The position numbers and the translations under genes were made by a program. Shown here in pieces: positions 39,438 to 49,321 of a stretch of 64,000 nt of DNA. Origin of the DNA: Candidatus Levyibacteriota bacterium. Its GTDB lineage: Bacteria; Patescibacteriota; Microgenomatia; Levybacterales; GWA1-39-11. Location: the NCBI GenBank assembly GCA_036788695.1, contig DAIQMY010000002.1, positions 2,394 to 66,393 on the forward strand, in the 5' to 3' direction. The notes beneath the pieces are model-generated. The model had not been told where the DNA came from. It did no database searches and was given only the letters and a program-made list of their open reading frames with translations. Position 1 is the stretch's first letter; every line of letters begins with the position of its first letter.

Positions 39438-41029
39438 AATATTTTCAGTCGTTCAAGTATAAAGGTATCCAGTGAGAATGATGACGTTAATTTTTGATTT
39501 TTTGTCCATCGCGTAATAAGATCATCATATACGTCCTGAGGATTCACTCTTGTCCAGTTATCTTTGTTTAGTTGTCCTCTATGTTTTCCAAGATCAACAA
39601 TAGTATGACCAAAAAAAGTTCCAACTACCACTTTTTTATCAATAGATGCAGATGTATTTCCGATTATACCAATTGGGTAACCCTCAGTCTTTGCTTTTCC
39701 AGAAGCATGTAAATAGAGTGATAGCGCATAGGTGTCCCCAGAGGTTTTCCACTTGTAGTCATAAAGCGCAAATTTTTTATTTGGGTATTTTTGCATCAGG
39801 AGTATGGATGCAGATTTGACCTCATCATTTAAAAGATTTGTTCCAAAGATAAATTGTCTGGCGTTTACAAGATCAAAAAAAAGTATAAATGAAAAGACTA
39901 CAAAAAAGAAAAATGTTGCAATATGCCTATGCTCACGGCTACGAAAAATTTTATTCGTTGTATATGAAATAAAGATAGATAGCTGTAAGAGTGTCCATCC
40001 AGTTATTAAGAAAATAAATGGTGCAGTGTATATAAGATACCCCTCAAACCGTTCTCCACGGTAGTATCGAATTATTATGAGAAAAATTCCCAAGATAATA
40101 CCTGTTAAAAATATTTCCAATGGAATTTTTTTTGTTATTGTCCTATATATAAATGTTATTCCTGAAAGCGCCATTAGAATAATCGCTATTGGCTTATTTC
40201 CTCCAACCACATTTGACCAGTAATCAGGAAGCGAATAATAGAGATAAATCTTCCAACTATTTGCAACATAGATTCTGTATTGACCAATAAGCATGTAATC
40301 TAATAGATTTCTTAGGTTTGCGAAATCCTGGTGTGAGTCCCAATAGAGAAGCGGTAGTGTGGGAATAATAAAACCCAGTACTCCGAAGCCGAAAGCAAGC
40401 AATTTATGATAGAGAGACGTTTTAGGAATTAGAAGAAGGGCTGCTAAAAATAAAAGGAGATTAAGTGCTTGATAATGCATTGAGATAGCAATCCCAACGC
40501 TTAAACCCATAAGAAAAGCGTACCTAATCCGCTTTTTTTGTATATAGAGGATAAAAAAGAGAAGAAGAAGGGTGCAGGATACTCCGACAAATCCGTGTTG
40601 ACTTAAGAAAGTTGATCGAGCAATAAATTGAGGGGAAAAAGCAACAAGGAAACCTAAAACAATTGACATTTTTTTTCCTCCTACCAAATATCCTATATAC
40701 GTCATTGCCATAACTACTAATATTCCAATCATGCATGTTATTATCCACGGTGCCTCGAAGGTGAAAGGAGCAAGGAGGTAAGTGCTCATGTTATACCAAT
40801 AAAAAAGTGGACCAAAGACAAAAGGTCCTGCAGATGAGAATGAAGCAAAAAGGGGAAGTTCACCACGATCCAATGCTACAAGTGCAATCATTGCGTCTCT
40901 TCCGCTATCACCGCCAGTTCCTATTCTTTCTTGAAAGTTATAGGTGCGGAAAATAATTGCGAATATAAGGATTATAAGAATTCCCAGGAAATATCCATGA
41001 GTTGATAGAAATTTTTTTACTCCTTCCAT
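39434..41029 (-). CDS. Polytopic membrane protein, family M paralog (M2), on the opposite strand
   Basis: 'GGDSGRDAMIALVALDRGELPLFASFSSAGPFVFGPLFYWY'. It is convergent with M1, and the two stop codons overlap in CTAG at 39434-39437. Confidence 0.45.
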   Translation of the reverse strand: MEGVKKFLSTHGYFLGILIILIFAIIFRTYNFQERIGTGGDSGRDAMIALVALDRGELPLFASFSSAGPFVFGPLFYWYNMSTYLLAPFTFEAPWIITCMIGILVVMAMTYIGYLVGGKKMSIVLGFLVAFSPQFIARSTFLSQHGFVGVSCTLLLLFFILYIQKKRIRYAFLMGLSVGIAISMHYQALNLLLFLAALLLIPKTSLYHKLLAFGFGVLGFIIPTLPLLYWDSHQDFANLRNLLDYMLIGQYRIYVANSWKIYLYYSLPDYWSNVVGGNKPIAIILMALSGITFIYRTITKKIPLEIFLTGIILGIFLIIIRYYRGERFEGYLIYTAPFIFLITGWTLLQLSIFISYTTNKIFRSREHRHIATFFFFVVFSFILFFDLVNARQFIFGTNLLNDEVKSASILLMQKYPNKKFALYDYKWKTSGDTYALSLYLHASGKAKTEGYPIGIIGNTSASIDKKVVVGTFFGHTIVDLGKHRGQLNKDNWTRVNPQDVYDDLITRWTKNQKLTSSFSLDTFILERLKIF

Positions 41030-41089
41030 GTCTTATTATTATCACAGGTATATGCAGTAGTAAACTATTACTTTTGTTTGTCTCAGTTT

Positions 41090-41098
41090 TGTTATAAT
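41090..41098 (+). promoter_or_regulatory. Extended -10 promoter TGtTATAAT in the 93-bp divergent intergenic region, with SD GAGGAG at 41111-41116 before the ATG at 41123
   Basis: A perfect TGnTATAAT consensus. The GAGGAG sits 6 nt upstream of the start codon. Confidence 0.45.
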
Positions 41099-41122
41099 GT
41101 TTGCAGTAGTTGAGGAGAATTT

Positions 41123-41764
41123 ATGACCCATAAAAAAAATCATTCACATATAATAGAACAAGTTCCGTTGGATTATTATCAAAAAGGAGTAAAAAATAAT
41201 GCGTTACAGCGAGCTTGGCATACAAGAAAACTCGATGTCGTTATTTCTTCGGTAAAAAAATACCCCAAAACAATTTTAGACGTTGGATGTGCTTCTGGAT
41301 GGTTTTTGTCTCGGGTTCATAAACAATTTCCAAAGGCAAAATGTGTAGGTGTGGATATATATAAGGATGCGGTTTTGTATGGTAAGAAAAAATACCCACG
41401 TATTACTTTTCGCGTATCAGACGCACATACGCTCCCATTCAAGGCAAATACATTTGATCTTATTATATGCACGGAAGTATTAGAGCATGTTGACGACCCA
41501 CAATTGGCACTAAAAGAGATAAGAAGAGTCCTCAAGACAGATGGTCAAGCCATTATTGAACTTGATTCTGGCAGCGTTCTGTTCTCAGTTGTTTGGTTTC
41601 TCTGGGGATTAAGTCAGGGTAGAGTGTGGAATCATTCACACGTACATTCGTTTAATGTTCAAAAGCTTGAACGAATGCTGAAAAAATGTGGGTTTACAAT
41701 TGAAAGTAAAAAGCGGTTTAATTTAGGTATGGCGATGGTTTTTTCTGCCAGGAAACATGATTAA
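41123..41764 (+). CDS. Class I SAM-dependent methyltransferase (Methyltransf_11-like)
   Basis: 'ILDVGCASGWF' is the glycine-rich SAM motif I, followed by 'FDLIICTEVLEHVDDP'. Confidence 0.8.
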   Translation: MTHKKNHSHIIEQVPLDYYQKGVKNNALQRAWHTRKLDVVISSVKKYPKTILDVGCASGWFLSRVHKQFPKAKCVGVDIYKDAVLYGKKKYPRITFRVSDAHTLPFKANTFDLIICTEVLEHVDDPQLALKEIRRVLKTDGQAIIELDSGSVLFSVVWFLWGLSQGRVWNHSHVHSFNVQKLERMLKKCGFTIESKKRFNLGMAMVFSARKHD

Positions 41765-43238
41765 GTTTGTAAAAACACATTCCTTTTTACTATCTCTCAC
41801 TTTGATAACTATTTTCGGTTCTTTACCTCGCATAATTGAACTTCTATCTGGTAATTACTTATTTGGATTTGATCAGGGTCTATTTTATGAAGCAGTGTAT
41901 AAAATTGTAGTATTACATCAGCCGACACTTATAGGAGCTGAGGTAGGTGGAATAGGTGGTTTTTTTCAAGGTCCAGGATGGTATTATCTTTTGTCTCTAG
42001 TATTCATAGCGTTTAACGGAGATCCATATGGTGCAATGGTTCTCATGTTTGCTTTAGGAGTTTTATCTATAGTTCTTGCGGGCATATTGTTCTATAAGCA
42101 AAATGGCACTTTTTTTGCCTTAATCTTCGCATTTTTAATTGCTGCTTCTCCAGGAATTGTTTCTCAGTCCCGGTTTTTTTGGCCACCATTCGTTATTACT
42201 CCACTTACCGTTTTGTTTTTATTTGCCATGCAAAAAACTTATTCACAAAAAAAATATTACTTGCCTCTAGCTTTTTTGCTCATAGGAGTTATGACGCATT
42301 TTGAGATAGCTACAGGAGGGTCATTATTGCTTGCAACAATTGCTACTTTATTTTTTATTCGGCCAAAAGACGTAATATCAGTTAAGATAATCGGAATATC
42401 TTTAGCTGCGTTTTTTATAACACAACTTCCAATCGTTTTGTTTGACTTGCGACATGAGTTTATCGGAGCAAAAGGATTATTGAAATTTCTAACCTCAGGT
42501 TCATCAACTCATGCTTCGTATTCTTTTTCAAATCATCTAGATATGTATAAGGATGTGTTATTAATTGTAACGGGTAATTGGCTGGTTGCGCTACTGTGTT
42601 TAGCTCTTATTATCTATAGCCTTATGAGGATTTTAAGAAAAAAAACACAGATCAAAAATAAAAAATTTATTCTGTTTTTGATAGTATGCCCAGCTGTTCT
42701 TTTTGTATTATTTTTGCCGTTAAAAGCGACACTTTGGTCATGGTGGTTTCTTGAACTACCCGTGTTTTTATGTTTTCTTCTAGCACGTTCATTTGTTTAT
42801 GCGTTTAAAATAAAAAAAGTAAAATTTTTTGCTTTTTTAGTTTTGTTGTTACTATGTTTTTCATCGTTATATCAAACATACTATTGGTATAAAAACGATC
42901 TTGCCGATTATGGCGGAACGGCAAAAATAAAAGGAAAGATAGACGCGATAGATTATATTTTCGCAGACGCTGATGGAAAAAAGTTTGGGCTATTGGTTTT
43001 TAGTCCTCCCGTGTATACATACCCATACGACTATCTTTTAAAATGGTATGCCGCAAAAAAATATAATTTTTCACCAAAACAAGAAATAACAGACGAATTT
43101 TATTTATTAATAGAGCCAGATCCGGCAAAGCCATGGTCGTATAGGGGATGGATTGAAACAGTTATTAAGAGGGGTAAGGCAGTTAAAACAATAACTCTTC
43201 CTAGTGGATTTATCATTCAAAAACGAATGCTAGAGTAG
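41757..43238 (+). CDS. Polytopic membrane protein, family M paralog (M3)
   Basis: 'GFDQGLFYEAVYKIV...GGIGGFFQGPGWYY'. It overlaps the methyltransferase by 8 nt. Confidence 0.45.
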   Translation: MIKFVKTHSFLLSLTLITIFGSLPRIIELLSGNYLFGFDQGLFYEAVYKIVVLHQPTLIGAEVGGIGGFFQGPGWYYLLSLVFIAFNGDPYGAMVLMFALGVLSIVLAGILFYKQNGTFFALIFAFLIAASPGIVSQSRFFWPPFVITPLTVLFLFAMQKTYSQKKYYLPLAFLLIGVMTHFEIATGGSLLLATIATLFFIRPKDVISVKIIGISLAAFFITQLPIVLFDLRHEFIGAKGLLKFLTSGSSTHASYSFSNHLDMYKDVLLIVTGNWLVALLCLALIIYSLMRILRKKTQIKNKKFILFLIVCPAVLFVLFLPLKATLWSWWFLELPVFLCFLLARSFVYAFKIKKVKFFAFLVLLLLCFSSLYQTYYWYKNDLADYGGTAKIKGKIDAIDYIFADADGKKFGLLVFSPPVYTYPYDYLLKWYAAKKYNFSPKQEITDEFYLLIEPDPAKPWSYRGWIETVIKRGKAVKTITLPSGFIIQKRMLE

Positions 43239-43254
43239 GGTATAATAGTTTTAT

Positions 43255-44028
43255 ATGAAAAAGATATCTATTGCGCTTGCTACATATAACGAGAAGGATA
43301 ATATTTCAAAATGTCTTAAGTCAGTTCAAGGTTGGGCAGATGAAATAATAGTAGTTGATGGTACATCAAGTGACGGAACTTCCGACATTGCAGAGTCATA
43401 TGGAGCAAAAGTAATTACAAAACCAAATAATAAAAATTTCCACATAAATAAGCAGATAGCAATAGATGAATGCAGCGCGCAATGGATATTGCAACTTGAT
43501 GCTGATGAGGTGGTAAGTGTGGGATTGAGGCGTGAAATTGATAGACTCGTAATATCTAATTCGGCGCTGAATGGCTATTGGATTCCTAGAAAAAACTGGT
43601 TTCTTGGAAGATTTTTGACGAAAGGTGGACAGTACCCCGACTATACGCTTCGTTTATATAGAAACGGCAAAGGAAAGTTGCCACAAAAGGATGTGCATGA
43701 GCAAGCGATTGTTGAGGGCGAGGTCGGATTCTTAAAAGAGGACCTACTCCACTATCCATACAAGGACTTTAAGGCATACATGAAAAAATGGCAACGGTAT
43801 AATATCTTTGCTGCAGACATTTTGAGAAAAGAACTAAAAAATAAATCTACTATTGAGCACATAAAGGTATTTTTTCTTGAACTCTTACTCAAGCCATTAT
43901 GGTGGTTTGTGTGGACGTACGGTAGGCATAAGGGGTTTGTTGATGGATGGCAAGGATTTATTTTTTCCCTCTTTTCTTCATTAAGATTTCCTGTATCATA
44001 TATAGAGTATTTACGTTTTAAGGTGTAG
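43255..44028 (+). CDS. Soluble GT2 glycosyltransferase (I3)
   Basis: 'ISIALATYNEKDNISKCLKSVQGWADEIIVVDGTSSDGT...LDADE'. Confidence 0.8.
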   Translation: MKKISIALATYNEKDNISKCLKSVQGWADEIIVVDGTSSDGTSDIAESYGAKVITKPNNKNFHINKQIAIDECSAQWILQLDADEVVSVGLRREIDRLVISNSALNGYWIPRKNWFLGRFLTKGGQYPDYTLRLYRNGKGKLPQKDVHEQAIVEGEVGFLKEDLLHYPYKDFKAYMKKWQRYNIFAADILRKELKNKSTIEHIKVFFLELLLKPLWWFVWTYGRHKGFVDGWQGFIFSLFSSLRFPVSYIEYLRFKV

Positions 44029-44035
44029 TAAATTT

Positions 44036-45010
44036 ATGAAAATAGTAGTAGCTGGAGGTGGAGGATACATTGGGAGCTTTATGGTAAAAGCTCTTTGTGA
44101 TCGTGGGGATTCAGTATTTGTGATCGATAATTTCTTGAAGGGGTATCCCGAGGCAGTTGACAAGCATGCGAAAATCATTGAGGGAAACTTAATGGATGAA
44201 GCATTTGTATCAGAGGCAATAAAAAGCATAGGAGAGATTGACGTTGTATTAAATTTCGCGGGCTTAATTGAAGTTGGGCAGTCAGTAAAAGAACCTGGTC
44301 TTTATTTCAATACAAATATTCAAATAGCATTGAATTTACTTGAGAGTATAAAAAATACAAAGACTAAATTTATATTTTCATCAACAGCTGCTGTATATGG
44401 TACTCCTGAAACTGTACCAATCCCTGAAAATCATACAAAAAACCCCACAAATCCATACGGTGAGAGTAAACTCATGATTGAAAAGATTTTATATTGGTAT
44501 AACAAGACATATGGACTATCCTTTACCGCATTACGATATTTTAACGCTTCAGGTGCAGCGCTAGATGGCAGTATGGGCGAGAGGCATAATCCGGAAACGC
44601 ATATTATTCCAGTAGCAATAAACGCGCTTTTAAAAAAAACTCCTTTTCATCTGTATGGTGAGGATTACAAAACAAAAGACGGAACCTGTTTACGAGACTA
44701 TATTCATGTTTTAGATTTAATTCAGGCTCATCTGCTTTCCATTGATACCATCAACGATACGTCTTCTCGGACATATAATGTCGGAGTCGGGAAGGGTTAT
44801 ACAAACCGTGAAATTATTAATACAATTGAGAAGATAAGTGGTGAAAAACTGGAAGTTATTGTCTCGGATCGCAGACCTGGAGACCCAGATGAATTAATAG
44901 CAGACCCGTCAAAAATAATGAGTGAATTGGGGTTTGAGCCAAAATATTCAGATTTAGAAACAATAATAAAATCTGCTTATGCCTGGCATGTTAATCTGCA
45001 GGGTAAATGA
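44036..45010 (+). CDS. galE: UDP-glucose 4-epimerase
   Basis: 'MKIVVAGGGGYIGSF', 'YGESKLMIE' (YxxxK) and 'DGTCLRDYIHVLDL' are all GalE hallmarks. Confidence 0.85.
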   Translation: MKIVVAGGGGYIGSFMVKALCDRGDSVFVIDNFLKGYPEAVDKHAKIIEGNLMDEAFVSEAIKSIGEIDVVLNFAGLIEVGQSVKEPGLYFNTNIQIALNLLESIKNTKTKFIFSSTAAVYGTPETVPIPENHTKNPTNPYGESKLMIEKILYWYNKTYGLSFTALRYFNASGAALDGSMGERHNPETHIIPVAINALLKKTPFHLYGEDYKTKDGTCLRDYIHVLDLIQAHLLSIDTINDTSSRTYNVGVGKGYTNREIINTIEKISGEKLEVIVSDRRPGDPDELIADPSKIMSELGFEPKYSDLETIIKSAYAWHVNLQGK

Positions 45011-45516
45011 AAATAAGGTTATTTCTCGTATTACTTTTTCTTATTCTGTCCCAAAAAAATTCCTTCGCAACCTCATCTTACGTACTTCCTTATCCCGGAC
45101 ATATGCCAGGAAATAAATTATATATCTTAGATCAGGCAGTTGATACAGTACAAAATCTTTTTTCGTTTGGAAATATATCGCAATTTAAATACAGGCTCTC
45201 ACTGTCAGATAGATATTTAGTTGAAGCAAAAACCCTTTTTGAGTATAAGCAGTATAAGTTAGCAATGAATGCGCTTTTAAAATCAGATGAAAATTTTGTG
45301 AAAGTATATCCTTTTTTGAAAAAAGCTCAAAAACAGGGTGTTAACATATCAGAGAAAGAGAAATTGTTTCAAGAGGCATCAGCTAAGCACAGAGAAACGT
45401 TACTTGAGCTTATCCCAAAAGTACCAAGCGAATTTTTTTGGGAAGATGAGAATTCAAAACCGTTAAAACTTAAGATACACAAAAAAATAAAAAACTCAAT
45501 AAAACTCCACTCATGA
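45007..45516 (+). CDS. Small secreted/anchored protein with a 'YVLPYPGHMPGNKLY' motif (DUF5667-like, CPR-typical)
   Basis: An N-terminal signal/anchor 'RLFLVLLFLILS' is followed by an 'LPYPG' motif and a Lys-rich helical tail. Confidence 0.35.
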   Translation: MKIRLFLVLLFLILSQKNSFATSSYVLPYPGHMPGNKLYILDQAVDTVQNLFSFGNISQFKYRLSLSDRYLVEAKTLFEYKQYKLAMNALLKSDENFVKVYPFLKKAQKQGVNISEKEKLFQEASAKHRETLLELIPKVPSEFFWEDENSKPLKLKIHKKIKNSIKLHS

Positions 45517-46616
45517 AATATATATATATCCTATATTCAATATGTATAATTTCTATAACACTTTTTAGCTATTTGTTTATTGATCCCAACTTATCTTATT
45601 TAGGAAACCTCTTTACAGGCTTTTCTTTTACAAATCGAGCAATTACGTCTGTAGTTTTTACCTTTTTTATAACGGTACTTTTTGTCTTTTACCTATTTTT
45701 TCAAAGAACGAAAAAGATTGACTTAAAATCTCTTAGAAATTTAGTTTTAATTTCAGCTGCATGTTTGATATTTTCATATCCAACAGTTACATCGTATGAC
45801 ATCTTCAACTATATGAGTACGGCTCGGGTTGCATATTTCTACCACGAGAATCCTTACATAGTTATGCCAAATGAATTTATAGGCGATGAGATGTTAACTT
45901 ACACAAGAGCAGCAAATAAAACTGCACTATACGGACCTGTATGGATAATGCTAACATCTGTTCCTTATACAATTGGGTTTTCAAACTTTTTAGCAACCCT
46001 TTTATTCTTTAAGCTTTTTGTTGGTGTTTTCTACCTAGGGTTAGTCTTTCTTATCTTTCATTTATCAAATAAGAGCATACAAAAGACATTATTTTTTGCG
46101 CTTAACCCTCTTGTACTACTAGAGACTTTTGTCGCGGGGCACAATGATGTTGTAATGATGTTTTTTGTACTTGCTTCCTTCTATTTTTTATCAAAAAAAA
46201 AGATGTCATTTTCTATTTTATTTCTTTTTCTCTCAATAAGTATTAAATTTGCAACTATATTCTTAATTCCTGTATATGTTCTGGCGATTCTGAAAATAGT
46301 CAAGAAAGAAAAGGTAGATTTTCAGAAATTATGGATTTATTCACTTTTATCAATGACTATAATATTCTTATTATCTCCTTTAAGAGAGGAATTATACCCA
46401 TGGTATGCAATATGGCTTATTCCCTTTGTGTCTCTTACGGAAGGTCACAAAATTTTAAAGAGGGTTGTAATTGCTGTCTGTTTCGGTTTACTCTTGTCTT
46501 ACGTTCCATATATGTATACGGGAGAATATTCATTTAGCACATATACCGTGAAGCATCTACTCATTGTTATGCCTGTTGCTGCAGTCTTATTATTTGGGTT
46601 AATTTTTAAGAAATGA
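45513..46616 (+). CDS. Polytopic GT-C glycosyltransferase, GT87/DUF2029-like (paralog B2)
   Basis: 'YDIFNYMSTA' and 'GHNDVVMMFF' are shared with 1179..2348. Confidence 0.55.
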   Translation: MKYIYILYSICIISITLFSYLFIDPNLSYLGNLFTGFSFTNRAITSVVFTFFITVLFVFYLFFQRTKKIDLKSLRNLVLISAACLIFSYPTVTSYDIFNYMSTARVAYFYHENPYIVMPNEFIGDEMLTYTRAANKTALYGPVWIMLTSVPYTIGFSNFLATLLFFKLFVGVFYLGLVFLIFHLSNKSIQKTLFFALNPLVLLETFVAGHNDVVMMFFVLASFYFLSKKKMSFSILFLFLSISIKFATIFLIPVYVLAILKIVKKEKVDFQKLWIYSLLSMTIIFLLSPLREELYPWYAIWLIPFVSLTEGHKILKRVVIAVCFGLLLSYVPYMYTGEYSFSTYTVKHLLIVMPVAAVLLFGLIFKK

Positions 46617-48250
46617 AAAAAATATATAAAGGTCTATTTCTTCAATCAGGTTTATTATTTTCTGTTCTGATTGGATTTTTTTCTATATTTTCATTATTTC
46701 AGGTTGGATTGCCGCCAACGCATGATGGTGAATACCATGTGATAAGATTTTACGAATTTGATAAAACCTTACGGGATGGGAATTGGTATCCAATGTGGGC
46801 AACAGATTTAAATTTTATGTATGGCTCCCCTCTGTTCAACTACGTGTATCCACTTCCCAATTATTTTGCTTCACTATTTCATTTTTTTGGATTAAGTTTT
46901 ATTGACTCTTTTAAAGGAAATTTAATTCTTGCGACAATCACAGGGTCGATATCATCCTTTTTATATATGAAAAAAAGGTATGGGGTATGGAGTGGTGTTA
47001 TGACTTCTGTTTTTTACACCTATGCACCATATCATTTTCTGGACATTTACGTAAGAGGTTCTGTGGGTGAAGTTTGGGCATTGGCGTTTTTCCCATTTGC
47101 ATTAATTGCGATAGACAGTATACAAAAAAAACCTACTTTAAAGCACATATTTTTGGGCGCAATAGCATACGCATGTATTATATTTTCGCATAATATACTG
47201 GCTGTGATGTTTACGTTTTTTGCATTTTTTTATTGCCTGCTCGCGCTCTATAACCAAAAAAATATACGACTTGTCGCTTTTTCATTCTTATGCTCATTTG
47301 TAATAGCACTCTTCATATCTTGCATTTTCATACTTCCTGCACTTTTTGAACAAAGGTATGTTGTGGGTTTACAGATTTTTCAGACAACAAAGAACTTTGC
47401 TGACCTCTATCAGTTATTGATTCCTTCATGGGGTTCGGGATTTTCAGGAGGAAGCATGTCTTCACAGATGTCTTTTCAAATAGGTGCTGCAAATATCCTA
47501 GTTTTTACAATTATTTTGTTCAGCTTTATATTTCGAAAAATAAGAAAGGCTAAATTATTTATTTTCTTTTTTATGATTTGGTTTCTTTTATCTTGTTTTT
47601 TAATTACTCCGTACTCGGCTTTTCTATGGGAAAACATTTCATTTATGGATAATTTTCAATTTCCTTGGCGCGTTCTCAGCATAGGTATATTATGTGGTGC
47701 TATTCTTGCGGGGTGTATCCCTCTTATATTCAGGCTAAAATTTTTATATATTGCACTTATTATAGTCTGTATTGGATTTTCGTATTCTTATGCTCGTCCA
47801 CCTTATTTTCTATTAAGAGCTGATCATGATCTTTATACTAAACCAAATTTTTTATATGGCACAAATAGTATAGGAAATTCATTTCAAACTAAATGGTTGC
47901 CTCAGCAAGAAAAAATATCTTTATCAAAGGCAAATGTACCAGTAATTATAGTTTTTGAAAACTCAACAAAAAGGAAGTACAAAGTAAATTTAAAAAAAGA
48001 ACGGGATATTGTATTTAATATTTCGTATTTTCCAGGTTGGTCTGCGCAGATTGATGGTAAAAATATATACACAAAACAGAGCAAGGGTAAAATTACAATT
48101 ACAGTACCAGAAGGAGAACATGAAATATATCTTGCTCTTTTGGATACAAATGTAAGAAGAGCAGCAAAATTGATAAGTATTGTTACTGTCTGCATGATAT
48201 TCATCTTTTTTATGTCTTCTGTGATACAATATTTACGTAAGAAAAAATGA
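46613..48250 (+). CDS. GT-C-type membrane protein, PTPS-related family (G4)
   Basis: 'LPPTHDGEYHVIRF...YPMWATDLNFMYGSPLFNY...DIYVRGSVGE' and C-terminal 'YFPGWSAQIDGKNI'. Confidence 0.55.
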   Translation: MKKIYKGLFLQSGLLFSVLIGFFSIFSLFQVGLPPTHDGEYHVIRFYEFDKTLRDGNWYPMWATDLNFMYGSPLFNYVYPLPNYFASLFHFFGLSFIDSFKGNLILATITGSISSFLYMKKRYGVWSGVMTSVFYTYAPYHFLDIYVRGSVGEVWALAFFPFALIAIDSIQKKPTLKHIFLGAIAYACIIFSHNILAVMFTFFAFFYCLLALYNQKNIRLVAFSFLCSFVIALFISCIFILPALFEQRYVVGLQIFQTTKNFADLYQLLIPSWGSGFSGGSMSSQMSFQIGAANILVFTIILFSFIFRKIRKAKLFIFFFMIWFLLSCFLITPYSAFLWENISFMDNFQFPWRVLSIGILCGAILAGCIPLIFRLKFLYIALIIVCIGFSYSYARPPYFLLRADHDLYTKPNFLYGTNSIGNSFQTKWLPQQEKISLSKANVPVIIVFENSTKRKYKVNLKKERDIVFNISYFPGWSAQIDGKNIYTKQSKGKITITVPEGEHEIYLALLDTNVRRAAKLISIVTVCMIFIFFMSSVIQYLRKKK

Positions 48251-48259
48251 TAAGAATTT

Positions 48260-49321
48260 ATGAGAATTGCTATTGATAATTCCCCGATAACATCCTCGCA
48301 TAAGCTTGCAGATAAGATCAGAGGAACAGGTTTTTATATAAAAAACCTAATTGATGCATTAGAAAAATATCATCCTGAGAACGAATACATTTTTTTTCAG
48401 CAAGGAGAGGTTCCACCTCATGCTGATATCTATCACTACCCATACTTTGAACCATTTTTTTTCTCACTTCCTTCAAGAAAATACGGCAAGTCGATTGTTA
48501 CAGTCCACGACGTTATCCCACTTGTTATGCCTAAATTATTCCCTGTCGGAGTACGAGGAAAGATAAAATTTCTTATTCAAAAGAGAAGACTTTTAAAAAT
48601 GGATGGTATTATTACTGATTCGCAAGCGTCAAAGAACGATATTATTAGGATATGCGGTATAAAAAGCGAAAAAATAACTAGTATTCCACTGGCCCAATCA
48701 GAAGTATACAAAAAAATAAAAATACATATCTCAGAAAGAAAAAAGATTTTAAATAAGTATCATATTCCCGATAATTTTGTATTATATGTTGGAGACGCGA
48801 CTCCCAATAAGAATTTAAAAAGACTTATTAACGCCGTTCTTAGTCTAAAAATTCCTTTGGTTATGGTGGGCGGTGCGCTTGTAAGAAGTAAAGTTGCGGC
48901 TCATCCTTGGAATAAAGATCTTTTATATGTTCAAAAAATGGCTGAAATGTATAATAATATTTACCTATTAGGCTATGTCTCAGATGCTGATTTGTCCCTT
49001 TTATATAATATGTGTAAAGTTTTTGCTTTCCCCTCATTATATGAAGGTTTTGGCTTGCCAGTATTGGAAGCTGCAAGCTCGGGTGCGCCAATTGTAACCT
49101 CTCACGAAGGAAGCCTGATTGAGGTTATTGGTGATAGCGCGAGAATCGTAGATCCGTATAGCGAAGAAAGTATTGCGGCGGCTTTAGGTGAAATATTTAA
49201 TAGTAAAACCCAACAAGTAAAATTTGGAAAAACTGCACATGAAAAATCTAAGAAATATGATTGGAAAAAAACGGCTGATGCCACAACTGAAGTATATGAA
49301 AAAATTTATACAAAGGAATAA
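48260..49321 (+). CDS. GT4 glycosyltransferase (K2)
   Basis: 'YEGFGLPVLEAASSGAPIVTSHEGSLIEV'. Confidence 0.8.
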   Translation: MRIAIDNSPITSSHKLADKIRGTGFYIKNLIDALEKYHPENEYIFFQQGEVPPHADIYHYPYFEPFFFSLPSRKYGKSIVTVHDVIPLVMPKLFPVGVRGKIKFLIQKRRLLKMDGIITDSQASKNDIIRICGIKSEKITSIPLAQSEVYKKIKIHISERKKILNKYHIPDNFVLYVGDATPNKNLKRLINAVLSLKIPLVMVGGALVRSKVAAHPWNKDLLYVQKMAEMYNNIYLLGYVSDADLSLLYNMCKVFAFPSLYEGFGLPVLEAASSGAPIVTSHEGSLIEVIGDSARIVDPYSEESIAAALGEIFNSKTQQVKFGKTAHEKSKKYDWKKTADATTEVYEKIYTKE

